62,546 nt of DNA from a virus. Its lineage: Duplodnaviria > Caudoviricetes. Position numbers and translations under genes: made by a program. Below, one piece after another: positions 19,101 to 29,400 of this stretch. The stretch's first letter is position 1; the number at the start of each line of letters is the position of its first letter. Below the pieces are notes generated by a model. That model made no database searches. It was not told the DNA's origin and was given only the letters and a program-made list of their open reading frames with translations. The DNA is taken from positions 1-62,546 of IMG/VR virus record IMGVR_UViG_3300021962_000102; one strand, given 5' to 3'.

Positions 19101-20422
19101 GTCCAAGAGCTTCATCAACACTAGAAGAACCATATAACGAAGAAAGAAGAGGGAGTGGAATGATTTTCTCTGGTCTTTATAATTCAACTAGCGGTGTTAA
19201 TAATCTTAACCAGTTCTTAATAGCTGAAGACATAACAAAAGACTTAAACCCAACACATGGTACAATACAGAAACTTCACGCTAGAGACACAGATTTGATC
19301 GTACTGTGTGAAGATAAGATTTTCAACGTGATGGCCAATAAGGACGCATTATATGGCGCCGATGGTAATATTAATGTAACGTCTTCGAGAAACGTACTTG
19401 GTCAAGCGATACCATATGTTGGTGAGTTTGGTATTTCTAAAAATCCAGAGTCTTTTGCATCGTATGGTTTTAGAGCATACTTTACTGATAAGAATAGAGG
19501 TAGTGTTATAAGACTGTCTAGAGATGGTATAACTGAAATATCTAGAAAAGGTATGTCTTTTTACCTGAAAGCTGCGCTTGCAGACGCCACAAAAGCAATT
19601 GGTAGTTATGACGACTACAGCGATTGCTACAACCTAACAATAAACGGAGAAACAGTTTCTTTCGAAGAAGCAGTTGACGGTTGGAGTTCTAGAAAATCTT
19701 TTGTAGCTGAAAATGGTGTTTCAATGAACAATGTTTATTACACCTTCAAAAACGGCGAACTGTGGTCGCATGATAACACAAATAGATGTAATTTCTATGG
19801 TGTTCAATATCCAACTAGTATTGAGTTGATATACAACGATTCTCCAGGAAGAATAAAGAACTTCAAAACTCTTTCGTACGAAGGTTCGGAAGGTTGGGTT
19901 TCTCCTTTGATATATACCGATTCTCAAGATGCAGAAGTTCCTTTCTTTAAGAACAAAGAGGGAATATGGTATAACTACATCAAGGGTCTTGAAACAACTT
20001 GGAATAACAACACACAGAGTGGAAGTTTGGATCCAAGAGAATTTTCTGTTCAAGGAATAGACTACGTTGCCGAGGTAGAAATACAAGCTGGTAATTTAGT
20101 TAAGTTGACTTTTACAAACGCTATAAACGTCAGTATACAGGGAGGAATAAACCTAAAAGATGTTGTTTTTATAAAAAATTCAACTGGTAATATTTACTCT
20201 GTTGGAGATTGTATATCTGTTGACAATGAAGAAAACTTTATTATATGTACATTAGCAGCTGGAGTAACTATAAGTGTCGGTGATTTTGTTTTCTTTGCTA
20301 AGAACAGTCAAGTGAACACGTCAGGCATTATAGGTTACTATGCTAACGTTAAAATGGAAGTAAATTCTTCATCGTTTAAAGAACTGTTTGCTGTTAACTC
20401 AGAAGTATTCATAAGTAGTTAA
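16112..20422 (+). CDS. tail nozzle/stabilisation protein (P22 gp10-like)
   Basis: 1436 aa, beta-rich, N-terminal GKMNKDLDERL..GEYRDALN, GISKNPES motif. Confidence 0.7.
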   Translation: MPELKRVFTSGKMNKDLDERLVPPGEYRDALNIQVSSSEGSDVGAVENILGNTKRNVRSAVGQTVWPSAFGINGTCIGSIRVDQEEKIYWFISGVTADAIVEYDQQTNQVAPILVDKNSILNFDSSKLITGINYLEGMLIWTDDNYEPKKINISRFKSGSIDFNTHTEVYGRPFINQDITVIKRNPRGVLGVSMSSTRKVFPETGCGIYPVYTDFNFTDDAGAGFFVVKPVGSSVTFTTDASANWAIGDVISLSASELNDENFEDEFAVRIEVTAKSGTTVTGDIITISSNILDQTYTWTCILEEERPMFEFKFPRFAYRWKYIDGEYSTFSPFTDVVFLPNNFIYKSSDAYNEGMTNNIRSLTLNLQAKLGDTVTLDDVPDDVVEIDILYKESNSTVVYKVDSVPVTQTSYAITSELIGNVISANQLLRPWDNVPRKAKAQEVIGNRIVYGNYVQNYNGPSNVDITTSLTSSSVIPGTPKKSIKTMRSYQLGVVYGDEFGREAPVVTGAGGSVTVNKDLSDNAPRLSAIIESTPPAWASYFKYFIKDTSNQYYNLALDRFYKADSGGVWLSFPSAERSKVSIGDYILLKKEHNSSLPVDKDVRYRVLDISNEAPTDVVVKRTFEVGSKVNKASGSNPMGEDVISFRFNGPTQVQNTKFFEVWNGSVIVRFWKGSNVTDFYEIESGGFTGATTTEYSVTLKEKLGADAAWMDTLAAADEFNVQVYINKYVYKKEYQGKFFVKINRDPYFDEYIINPLTQISGTYNRTFGSIFIEDAHLDDPTDTIKEPSDFAWGEFGTTNEPGKPNQGSASFFISYAPHSSGVSGGNIVTTALTSGKSWFDTGLVPGRFIKFINDPSQTYYEIGNVSTVSQARLGTSFPFGSDDAELVKTITLTEQITNDPDSWVDADFEIFIKSTDFEDILDSDNVIISSSNPAIFETEPKEAVDLDIYYEVGAAFPINKHGLQNNLDWFNCFGFGNGVESNRIRDDFNAVTIDKGPRASSTLEEPYNEERRGSGMIFSGLYNSTSGVNNLNQFLIAEDITKDLNPTHGTIQKLHARDTDLIVLCEDKIFNVMANKDALYGADGNINVTSSRNVLGQAIPYVGEFGISKNPESFASYGFRAYFTDKNRGSVIRLSRDGITEISRKGMSFYLKAALADATKAIGSYDDYSDCYNLTINGETVSFEEAVDGWSSRKSFVAENGVSMNNVYYTFKNGELWSHDNTNRCNFYGVQYPTSIELIYNDSPGRIKNFKTLSYEGSEGWVSPLIYTDSQDAEVPFFKNKEGIWYNYIKGLETTWNNNTQSGSLDPREFSVQGIDYVAEVEIQAGNLVKLTFTNAINVSIQGGINLKDVVFIKNSTGNIYSVGDCISVDNEENFIICTLAAGVTISVGDFVFFAKNSQVNTSGIIGYYANVKMEVNSSSFKELFAVNSEVFISS

Positions 20423-20466
20423 TACAGCTACTCGAACTGTAATAATAATTAATAAAAGATAAGATT

Positions 20467-21144
20467 ATGTTTCCAGTAATGGCGGCCGTTGGTGGCCTCG
20501 CTCAATTAGGCATGGGTCTTTATGGTATGAAAAGACGTAGGCAAGAAAGAAGAGAAGCTGACGTTGAGTTTTCTCAGGCCAAAGCTGCATACCAAAACTT
20601 AGACACTACAAACCCATATTTAAACCTTCAAAACCCATACGAAGATTTGTCTGTTAATACACAGCAGGCTGACTTTGTAGCGCAGCAGCAAAACCAAGGT
20701 CTTGCTAACACGCTTGACGCGATGAGCGGTGCTGCTGGTGGAAGTGGTATTGCGGCGTTAGCTCAAGCTATGGCTAACCAACAATCTCAGAATATGCAAG
20801 CCGCATCTGCGTCTATTGGACAGCAAGAAGCTAGTAATCAAGCTATGGCAGCCCAAGGTGCAGCTTCTATTCAGTCTATGGAAAGACAAGGTGAAGTATT
20901 GTCTAGAGGTTGGGAGCGTCAACAAGCGATTGGAGAAACAGAAATGGCCGACGCCAGATTAAGAAACATCAAGGCAGAACAACAATTAGCAACTAACCAA
21001 ATGCTTGGTGGAGTTGGCACGCTAACTGGAGTTGCTCTTGGCGGTGTTCAAAACGCTATCGAAACAATGGGAGACGCTGCTGCTCCGGTAATGCAGTATG
21101 GATTTGGAACCGGTAACATACTAACTGGTCAAAACTACAACTAA
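20467..21144 (+). CDS. putative internal virion/ejection protein 1
   Basis: A/Q/G-rich helical protein with hydrophobic ends, after the tail genes. Confidence 0.55.
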   Translation: MFPVMAAVGGLAQLGMGLYGMKRRRQERREADVEFSQAKAAYQNLDTTNPYLNLQNPYEDLSVNTQQADFVAQQQNQGLANTLDAMSGAAGGSGIAALAQAMANQQSQNMQAASASIGQQEASNQAMAAQGAASIQSMERQGEVLSRGWERQQAIGETEMADARLRNIKAEQQLATNQMLGGVGTLTGVALGGVQNAIETMGDAAAPVMQYGFGTGNILTGQNYN

Positions 21145-22508
21145 TGGGAGATTTAGCATTTTTAGCGGCTCAAAAGCCGATTGGTGATCCAACTAGAACG
21201 GTAAACGCATCGGCCTTCACTGAGCCGATGTTCACCTATGGTAAACAAATAGAAGAGCAGAAAAAGCTTAAAGAAGAAAAGAGGAAGAACGCTGGTGCCA
21301 GAATGGAACGAGCAATTAACTCTATGACAAAGGCTTCTAATATAGATAAAGTTCCGGCGCCATATAAGAATTCTGTAAACCAGTTTCTTATGGCTCAGAA
21401 AAATAAATATTACGACGCCGCAAAGTTGCTCTCACAATCGGAGGTTGGTTCAGACAACTATATTGCTGCAGTAGAGCAGATGAACAATATAAACCAAAGT
21501 TTTACTAATCTTGATAAGCAACTACAGCTTTTATCAAGTAGGAAGTTAGAAGCAATAAATGATTTCGATAAAGGTTTGGTTTCCAAGGGAAACAGTCCTG
21601 ACGATGTAGACTGGTTGAGTAAAATGTATACGGACGGTCTGCCTATGCAAATAGGTGAAGGCGGTTCGTTGTATTTTGAGAAAAACGGATCTTATGTTCC
21701 GCTAGACGAAGCTCCAGACTACTTTGTTAAAGATTCTAAGGCGGCTAAGTCTATTATAGACCTTAACTCTAGAATATATAATGCTGGCATAGAGGATAAC
21801 GCAACCACGCGCCAGATGGTTAGAATGAACGTGAGGGAAATAGTTGAATCTGGAGGCAGAGAGACTGCTCTTTCACTTGCTGAGGATGATAGCATATACC
21901 CAGGTGGTCTTGGCATTGTAGATGAAGACCTACTTAGAAACCCAGCAAGATCAGAAGAGCTAAGCAATATAGTCATAGACAACTATACTGACTTGATAAT
22001 AAAGTCTGGTATTCAAGGTAATTCAGATAGACTTTCTAAACAGACTGCTGTTTCTGCTGCCAGATCTGCTGGTAGACCAAGTAGTTCAGCAAAGCAAGGT
22101 TCTTCTTTAAAGACATCTTGGTCAGAAGAAGAGTTGAACGCTTTGAATAGTAAAAACGTACCAGGTGTTAGAGAGGTTGTGCAAGCAATTGAAAGTAATG
22201 CAGATGCGTTTTTTAGAGGAATGAAGTACGATGGTTATGATATAACATCAGCTAAAGTTGCAAACAACGTTGTAACAATAACATACTTAAGGAATAAGCA
22301 ACCTATAACTTATTCTTTCAGTGTGAATAATCCAGAGAAAATTGCTAGTTTTGTTGATCAGAATTTCAGCAAAATTCTTGGATTAAATCCAACATCTAAA
22401 GAAGCAACTCAAGTAAAAACTACTATGAGAGCTTGGGTTAAAAAGAAATCTAGAGGAGCAGCTGGAGGATACTCTATAAGCACCAATGGTTTACCAATTA
22501 AACAATAA
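21144..22508 (+). CDS. putative internal virion/ejection protein 2
   Basis: Helical 454-aa protein, translationally coupled. Confidence 0.5.
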   Translation: MGDLAFLAAQKPIGDPTRTVNASAFTEPMFTYGKQIEEQKKLKEEKRKNAGARMERAINSMTKASNIDKVPAPYKNSVNQFLMAQKNKYYDAAKLLSQSEVGSDNYIAAVEQMNNINQSFTNLDKQLQLLSSRKLEAINDFDKGLVSKGNSPDDVDWLSKMYTDGLPMQIGEGGSLYFEKNGSYVPLDEAPDYFVKDSKAAKSIIDLNSRIYNAGIEDNATTRQMVRMNVREIVESGGRETALSLAEDDSIYPGGLGIVDEDLLRNPARSEELSNIVIDNYTDLIIKSGIQGNSDRLSKQTAVSAARSAGRPSSSAKQGSSLKTSWSEEELNALNSKNVPGVREVVQAIESNADAFFRGMKYDGYDITSAKVANNVVTITYLRNKQPITYSFSVNNPEKIASFVDQNFSKILGLNPTSKEATQVKTTMRAWVKKKSRGAAGGYSISTNGLPIKQ

Positions 22509-22517
22509 CAAATAATC

Positions 22518-25500
22518 ATGGAAGATAATAAATCTTTGTTTCGTTACGACGGAAAAGACTACACTCGCGAACAGATAGATATAGCCGCTGCAGAAAGCGG
22601 TTTATCTTTTGATGATTATATAAGTGAATTTGGATTAGAGCCAATTGATCCTATAAAAAAGATAACGGCCACAGTGGGAGGTGCGACTGTGGATCCAAAA
22701 CCCAAAGCACCAAGTACGGCATCCAAGCCGGTCGCTACTTCATCGGCATCGAAATCAAGTCCGATCGTACCTGATCCAGTAAAGCAGGCAAAGCAAAATA
22801 TAGATTCAATATTGTCTAATCCGTTTAGCGCAGATGAACTTGATAATATTGAGGCTCAGGTAAACGCCAAGCCATCGGTTGGTGTTACTGCTACTACGTT
22901 TGTTGGCGGTATGGGTGGCGGTGTTCCAGTTGTAAGTAAAAAGCCAACATATCCATACGAATCTCAGATTAACGTTGCTAAAAAGCAACTTGGAGTTGGT
23001 GCTACTGAGCAACAGATAAATGATTTAGCTAAAAATCTATATAGAGAGGAGTTAAAGTCTAAACTGGTTAAAAGAAAAGTAGACAATGTACTAAATCAAC
23101 TTGAAGACGAGACAAATAACTGGCAGAGCGTTGGTGAATTTTTTGAATCAGGTCTTGTCACATTGTCAAATCTTGGCTTAGGCGGAAGTGGCCAAGGCGT
23201 TCAGCCAGCTAAGTCAACAAAAGAGAAGAGATACGAAGCTGCCAGACAAGATGTTTCAGCATATGCAACACAGAAGTTAAACGAGAGACAAAAACTGGTA
23301 AACAAATCTGTTGCTGGCGCTAAACTAGCTAGTGCTGTTGTAGAAACAAATATCAATCAATTAAAAGAGATTGAGAAGAACATAAAGAATTCTCAAGACG
23401 CTGTAGAACGCAATGATTTAATTAATCAATATAATGCTGTTCTTGATGACACTAAGTCTGCTGCTGCCGCTTTTGAAGAATACAACGGTGAAGTAAGAAA
23501 GAATATAGACTATGTAAACTACGGTTCTCAAATAGTAAAAGATATACCAAAGTCTTACAACGAGTTAGATGTTTTTGAGAATAGAGTATTTACAACCGCT
23601 CTTACAACCGCCGCTAATCTAGCTGAGTTTGGAGAGACGGGTTCTTTGTATATGCTTAAGGCGCATAATCCCTATGTTGATCCTCAAATAATCAAAGCCA
23701 CATACGCCACGCCTGCTGAATCTTTTGGTGAAGACGTAAGAGAAATAACTGATGCTGCCAGTGTTCAAGTTAGAGATCATAGACCACTTGGAGACATATC
23801 CTCTTGGTCTGACTTTGGCGAGTTTATGGTTGATCTTGCTGGAGACCAAGCTTTTAACACCGGTTTGATGTTTGCTACTGGCGGTGTTGCTGGCGGTGCA
23901 TTACTTGGAGCCGGCGCGGCGGGTGGCAAGATGACAGAGATGTGGGACGCTAGAGCTAAGGGTGAAAACATAAGCGACGCTAAGTTTTTAGGTACGGCAA
24001 TTATATACGGAGGAGCAGAATGGGGAAGTGAATACATCGGTTTCGGCCAGTTAAAGCGCTCTTCTAAAATACTGGCTGACGCACTAGATCAAGGTGCAGT
24101 AACGATGACGCAACTAGGAGAGTCTTTTGGTAAGAAACTTGGTTCTGGACTTCAAGAGTATGGCGTTAACGTGTCTCAAGAAGGTTTTACAGAAGCTGTT
24201 TCTCAACTTGGCCAAAATATCGCTGATATAACGCTACTTGGTCAAAATAAAAGCATATTTGAAGGAGTAGAAGAATCTTTTGTTACGGGTTCTTTGATGT
24301 CTGGTTTGATGTTTCAAGCTCCGACGGTTGTAGCTGGAACAGTTAAACTATTTAATACTGTAGATGAAGTAAAGCAGGTTGACATAAACCAGAAAGAAAT
24401 AAATAGATTAAAACTTCAGTCTATAGAATTATCAAAGCAGATAAAACAGAAAGAAAACGAGGGTGCTGATGCCGCCGAGATTCAAGGTATGTATAGCAAC
24501 AAGAAACAAATTGACGACGTAATAGACGATTTGGCGCTTGCTAACACGGCCTTAATGCAGACTGGTATAGAACGCATAGACAATCTAAGAGATATAGAAA
24601 AAAGCGCTGTTATAGAGCAGTCTAAAAAAATAGCTTTTGCAAATTCGCTAATAAAAAAATATCAAGACATGATTGACTCTAGTGTGGATCTAGATGAGTC
24701 AACAACGTCTGATTTAATAAGCGAAATAAAAAAACTAAACGAATACAAAGACTCTAGTATAGAAACAATAAATGATATAATCAAAGAGTCTGATTTCTCT
24801 AAAACGCTAGACAAAGCGTACAGTGCTATAGAGCAATTTTCTAGTTCAGAGAATGGAGTTCCAACTGATATAATGAAATTTAATGGAGACATTAAGACAA
24901 CATATCAGATGCAGCAGTTTCTTGAATCAGATAAGTTTGCAGCTTATGTAGAAAAAAGATACGGAAAAGAAAAGCTTCAGCAAATAAAGAACGAGGCTTA
25001 CAAGCAGATAAAATTAAACGCTGGTAAGTCTGGTCTAGACGCGTTTAAGTCGAATGAATCTAAGACCAAAGCAAATGCTTTGTTTTTGACTTTCCCAAAC
25101 TTTGACTTAGCTGATGGCACTGAAGTTGAAATGCCTAGGTTTATAGTTTTAAATACTAAAAACGGTCTACACCACGAAACTGGTCACGCAACATTGTTTA
25201 GTGCAATTAGAGAGTCGTACGGAACAGATATTCTATCTACGATGTCTGACTCACTGTTGACTGAACTTAATGCTATTTTTGAATCAGATCCTGATAAGTA
25301 CGAATACGCGTCTAGATTCATAAAGAAACGTGTAGCGATGTACGAACAGCAACACGCTGACTACATAAAGAAATACGCGAACCATCCAGAAATAGAAAAT
25401 ATCACCGCCTGGTCTGAATCTAGACTTGCTGAAGAAAAACTAATAGCTTTCCTTGATTACGTAAAAGATTCGAAGCTAGAGGTAAAAAATGAAGCTAGAT

Positions 25501-28500
25501 TAAAAAATATATTCAAGGCAGTATCAAACGTTCTGGGAAAGGATAAAATGCAAACCTACAACGTTAGAGATGGCAAGGATGTGATGAATATGCTTAGGTC
25601 ATTTAACATGCACTTCGACAAGAAGGACATCGGTACAATGATAAGAAGCATTAATGAAAAGAAACTTCTTGCTGACAATAAGCTTTCTGAGATAGATTCT
25701 AATCTTAAGAAATCAGCAGATATCTTCAGAAAGATAATGAAGTCATTTGCTTCTCTTGCTGATGATATAAAGCCAAGTGCACATCCAAACTCAATACAGG
25801 CTGATAAAGTAAACAAGCTGTACGAAGAAAAAGGTGTTGAAGCAGCTTACGAAATAGCTGAACTATACGGAGGCATGTTGCGCAATGTACTTAGAAGATT
25901 TAAGTATTTGCCTAATTACGAGAACTTCGTAGAGGATATAATGGACGCCGTTAAATACGGAGATAGAGGTTTGTTTGGACTTATAAAGTCTTTTGATCCA
26001 GAGCGTGGTGTTCCTTTAGCTGCATACATAAACAAATACTTAAGCAAGAGAGCACTTGGCTACATAACTGAATACTTAAATCCAGAAGCTGGGTTTATGA
26101 AAGACGTTACTGAGCAGAAAGGCTTAATGGCAGAAGAAGAATACGACTTTGAGATTGATAAGCCAGAGCGTTCACATTCTGTTATACGCAAGTTCTTAGG
26201 ACTTAGCGAAGACCAAATGAATAAGGTTAGAAAGGCAGTTATAAACGCACTAGTATTTAACCCAGACATTCATAAGAAAAGAAAGTGGGTTCCTAGTGAG
26301 TTTAAGAGCGAACTTCTAAAGTCTTTTGAGCTTGACTTGTTTAATCTTGTTAAGTCAGATATATTCCCAAGCAAAAACCAAGATTGGTACCAGTATGCTG
26401 ATCAGATGTATGAATGGATTATAAACGAAGTTCCTATGGAAGTTTGGTTGAGATCCGGCGTTAGCATATTCTACGAGCCAGACATCGACCCAGTAAACAA
26501 TAAGCAAAAAAGGATGACGCCAGGTGAAGCTGAAATGGCTGGTGTTGCAGATATAAATTCTGGTAGATACAAGTGGATTGCTAAAAAGCCGACTAAAGAA
26601 CAGTGGATGGAATACATAAAGGCAGAAGGTATTAATCCAAACACTGGAAAGCCTTATTCTTGGACTACTGTTGGTACTAGAAAAGATACTATAGCCAAAA
26701 TTCTAGCTAGAGAGATGGCTTTTGATGCTACTCTAGAGGTCTTGCAAAATCCAGAACAGCCAACGTACGACTTTGATGGAAATCCAGACGGAGGAAGCAT
26801 AAATGTGATTCACAGAATGACATTGATGTCAGGACAAGAGTATAACAAACTCGCCGTTGTAGCTCAAGTTGCAGATATAATAAACAGAGACCCTAGAGTT
26901 ATGTTTAGTCTATCTGATGGCGGTTCTGTTGATAATAGATCAGCTGCGGCTGCGTTATTCGCAGAAGCTGAACTTATATTCCAAGAAATGGAAATTGTGT
27001 CTGAAGACGTTTCTGACTTGGCCGACGCGTACTCTAGTATCATAATAGATATACTAGATGAAAAGATGAAGGCCGCCGGAATGAAACCAATGTCTGAGAC
27101 TAAGAAGTTAGAGATAATTGAATCTGTACTGGCTATTAAATTCAAGGACGAAAGCAAAGAAAGCGAAGCCTGGAACAAAATCAGGACAGCCGGTATGATT
27201 AGTGTTGCTAAAAGTCTTTCTCAAGCTAGAGCAAAGAGCAAAACACTAATAGAAAGCAACGCACAAACCGCTAGAGAAATAGCTAATGAGATCAGACAAG
27301 AGATAGGTCTTTCTATGACTGCCAGAGAGAAAGAACTTAGCGATAGATTCAATAAGCTTTTGGAAAAGACTTTTGGAATAAAGCAAGGTAAAGTGTTCTC
27401 TGATTTCGATGCTCAAGTTGCGGCAAGCAAGCGATCTATACTTAAGAGTATGGAACTTATGCCTGTGACTGCTGAAGATTTTATTGGTCTTCTATATAGA
27501 ACTTTGTCTCCTGGCAAAGATGGCGAAGATCAAATGGCTTTTTATAGAAAATTCCTTTTGTATCCTTTCTACGACGGGGCAACAAGACACGACGCTGCGC
27601 GTGTTAGAATACTTAGCGGTTATAAAAAGTTAATCCAAGTAAAAAACAACAAGCACAAGCAGTTTAAAAAGATAGCATTCGGAAACTATACTATAGAACA
27701 CGTAATCAGAATAGCCATATGGAATAAGACTGGCGAATCTATAAGTGGTATTAGTTCTGAAGACGTTAAGTCAGCTATTGACTTTGCTAGAAAGATGCCT
27801 TGGGTCAATGAGATCGCAGACGATATAATTGAGATAATGGCACCAGATGGTTATGGTAAGCCACAGCAGAACTGGTTTTTGGGTAACATCGAAAACGATC
27901 TATACAACGCCATAAACGGTCATGTAAGAAAGAATAGAATGAAGGAGTTTGCTACAAACGCCGACGCTATATTCAATGAGTATAATATGAACAAAATACA
28001 AGCTGTGCTTGGTGGTTCATACAGGTTTGCTCTTCAGAACACACTTGAGCGGATGAAGTCTGGTAAGAACAGAATCGCAACTCAAAACGCTTGGGAAAGA
28101 AAGCTCAACAACTGGATAAATGGTTCTGTAGGTGCAATCATGTTCTTGAACATGCGAAGCGCCGTGCTTCAGCTTGTTTCTATGGGTAACTATATAAACT
28201 GGTCTGACAACAATCCAGTTGCTATCGCTAAGGCATACGCTAACACGAAGCAAATGGGTCAAGACATACTCAAGCTTTGGAACTCTGACTTTATGGTTAC
28301 TCGTAGAGATGGTCGTAAGATTGATATCAACGAGGCTGAATTGGTAGAGATGCTAGAAGAGTCTGGTGCTAATCTTGGAAAAATAATCAACTGGATTATA
28401 CAAAAAGGATTCACGCCTACGCAAGTTGCTGACTCAATGGCCATTATACTTGGTGGTGCTCCGTTCTACAGAAATAGAGTTAATACATACCTAAAAGAAG

Positions 28501-29399
28501 GTATGGATTTGAAGAAAGCAGAAGACAAAGCATTTCTTGATTTCAGAGAAACAACTGAAGAATCTCAACAGTCTTCTAGACCAGACCGTATATCACCACA
28601 GCAAGCTAGCTCAGCTGGTAGAATAATCTTGGCATTTGCTAACACTCCAGCTCAGTATTCTAGATTGATGATCAAAGCGGCTAAAGATATAAAGAACGGC
28701 AGAGGCGATCTTAAGACAAACATAAGCAAAATTGCTTACTACGCTATTATTCAGAATATGATATTTAGCTATATGCAGCAGGGTTTGTTTGCGTTATTAT
28801 TCTCTGACGACGAAGAAGAGGTTTCAGAAAAAGAAGCTACAGATTTGATCAACAGTGCCGCTGATTCTATACTTCGCGGTTTTGGAATACAGGGCGCGAT
28901 AATCTCTACATTGAAAAACGTAGCTATAGAATACGGTAGACAAGCAGAAGCGGGAAGATTTAAATCAGATAAAATCTTGCTTCAAGCTGCTAGTATATCT
29001 CCTCCTATTGGAAACAAGGTTAGAAAGATAAACAACATAATGTATAATTCTAGCCAAGTAACAAAAGAAGCCAAGAAGACTGGAGAATATGACTTTACTT
29101 CTAGACCAACTTTAGAAATTGCTGCTGGAGCTATAGAACTAGGTACCAACTTGCCATTGACTAGAGCATTGTCTAAATATGATAACGTCATATCAGCAAT
29201 GAACGAGGACACGCATGTTGTACTTAGAACAGCGATGCTATTTGGTTGGCCAGAGTGGCAATTAATCAAAGAAGAAGATGAAAAATCGTACAAGCCAATG
29301 TCTCAAGATGAATTCGTTGAGCAGATTAAGTCTAAGCAAACCGAAGACTCTGGAGCAATGAGCGAAGAAGATTATATAAACAGTTTAAACAAAAAATAA
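22518..29399 (+). CDS. giant ejection/polyvalent protein with zincin HExxH and sigma70 region-2-like domains
   Basis: 2293 aa; Gly-rich membrane-like segments; HHETGH at 25170; GLFGLIKSFDPERGVPLAAYINKYL at 25968. Confidence 0.7.
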   Translation: MEDNKSLFRYDGKDYTREQIDIAAAESGLSFDDYISEFGLEPIDPIKKITATVGGATVDPKPKAPSTASKPVATSSASKSSPIVPDPVKQAKQNIDSILSNPFSADELDNIEAQVNAKPSVGVTATTFVGGMGGGVPVVSKKPTYPYESQINVAKKQLGVGATEQQINDLAKNLYREELKSKLVKRKVDNVLNQLEDETNNWQSVGEFFESGLVTLSNLGLGGSGQGVQPAKSTKEKRYEAARQDVSAYATQKLNERQKLVNKSVAGAKLASAVVETNINQLKEIEKNIKNSQDAVERNDLINQYNAVLDDTKSAAAAFEEYNGEVRKNIDYVNYGSQIVKDIPKSYNELDVFENRVFTTALTTAANLAEFGETGSLYMLKAHNPYVDPQIIKATYATPAESFGEDVREITDAASVQVRDHRPLGDISSWSDFGEFMVDLAGDQAFNTGLMFATGGVAGGALLGAGAAGGKMTEMWDARAKGENISDAKFLGTAIIYGGAEWGSEYIGFGQLKRSSKILADALDQGAVTMTQLGESFGKKLGSGLQEYGVNVSQEGFTEAVSQLGQNIADITLLGQNKSIFEGVEESFVTGSLMSGLMFQAPTVVAGTVKLFNTVDEVKQVDINQKEINRLKLQSIELSKQIKQKENEGADAAEIQGMYSNKKQIDDVIDDLALANTALMQTGIERIDNLRDIEKSAVIEQSKKIAFANSLIKKYQDMIDSSVDLDESTTSDLISEIKKLNEYKDSSIETINDIIKESDFSKTLDKAYSAIEQFSSSENGVPTDIMKFNGDIKTTYQMQQFLESDKFAAYVEKRYGKEKLQQIKNEAYKQIKLNAGKSGLDAFKSNESKTKANALFLTFPNFDLADGTEVEMPRFIVLNTKNGLHHETGHATLFSAIRESYGTDILSTMSDSLLTELNAIFESDPDKYEYASRFIKKRVAMYEQQHADYIKKYANHPEIENITAWSESRLAEEKLIAFLDYVKDSKLEVKNEARLKNIFKAVSNVLGKDKMQTYNVRDGKDVMNMLRSFNMHFDKKDIGTMIRSINEKKLLADNKLSEIDSNLKKSADIFRKIMKSFASLADDIKPSAHPNSIQADKVNKLYEEKGVEAAYEIAELYGGMLRNVLRRFKYLPNYENFVEDIMDAVKYGDRGLFGLIKSFDPERGVPLAAYINKYLSKRALGYITEYLNPEAGFMKDVTEQKGLMAEEEYDFEIDKPERSHSVIRKFLGLSEDQMNKVRKAVINALVFNPDIHKKRKWVPSEFKSELLKSFELDLFNLVKSDIFPSKNQDWYQYADQMYEWIINEVPMEVWLRSGVSIFYEPDIDPVNNKQKRMTPGEAEMAGVADINSGRYKWIAKKPTKEQWMEYIKAEGINPNTGKPYSWTTVGTRKDTIAKILAREMAFDATLEVLQNPEQPTYDFDGNPDGGSINVIHRMTLMSGQEYNKLAVVAQVADIINRDPRVMFSLSDGGSVDNRSAAAALFAEAELIFQEMEIVSEDVSDLADAYSSIIIDILDEKMKAAGMKPMSETKKLEIIESVLAIKFKDESKESEAWNKIRTAGMISVAKSLSQARAKSKTLIESNAQTAREIANEIRQEIGLSMTAREKELSDRFNKLLEKTFGIKQGKVFSDFDAQVAASKRSILKSMELMPVTAEDFIGLLYRTLSPGKDGEDQMAFYRKFLLYPFYDGATRHDAARVRILSGYKKLIQVKNNKHKQFKKIAFGNYTIEHVIRIAIWNKTGESISGISSEDVKSAIDFARKMPWVNEIADDIIEIMAPDGYGKPQQNWFLGNIENDLYNAINGHVRKNRMKEFATNADAIFNEYNMNKIQAVLGGSYRFALQNTLERMKSGKNRIATQNAWERKLNNWINGSVGAIMFLNMRSAVLQLVSMGNYINWSDNNPVAIAKAYANTKQMGQDILKLWNSDFMVTRRDGRKIDINEAELVEMLEESGANLGKIINWIIQKGFTPTQVADSMAIILGGAPFYRNRVNTYLKEGMDLKKAEDKAFLDFRETTEESQQSSRPDRISPQQASSAGRIILAFANTPAQYSRLMIKAAKDIKNGRGDLKTNISKIAYYAIIQNMIFSYMQQGLFALLFSDDEEEVSEKEATDLINSAADSILRGFGIQGAIISTLKNVAIEYGRQAEAGRFKSDKILLQAASISPPIGNKVRKINNIMYNSSQVTKEAKKTGEYDFTSRPTLEIAAGAIELGTNLPLTRALSKYDNVISAMNEDTHVVLRTAMLFGWPEWQLIKEEDEKSYKPMSQDEFVEQIKSKQTEDSGAMSEEDYINSLNKK

Positions 29400-29400
29400 A

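Noticed and set aside
26769-26783. DFDGN in the giant protein as an RNA polymerase active-site motif
   Set aside because: Lacks the third Asp of DFDGD/DxDxD and no other RNAP motifs are visible.
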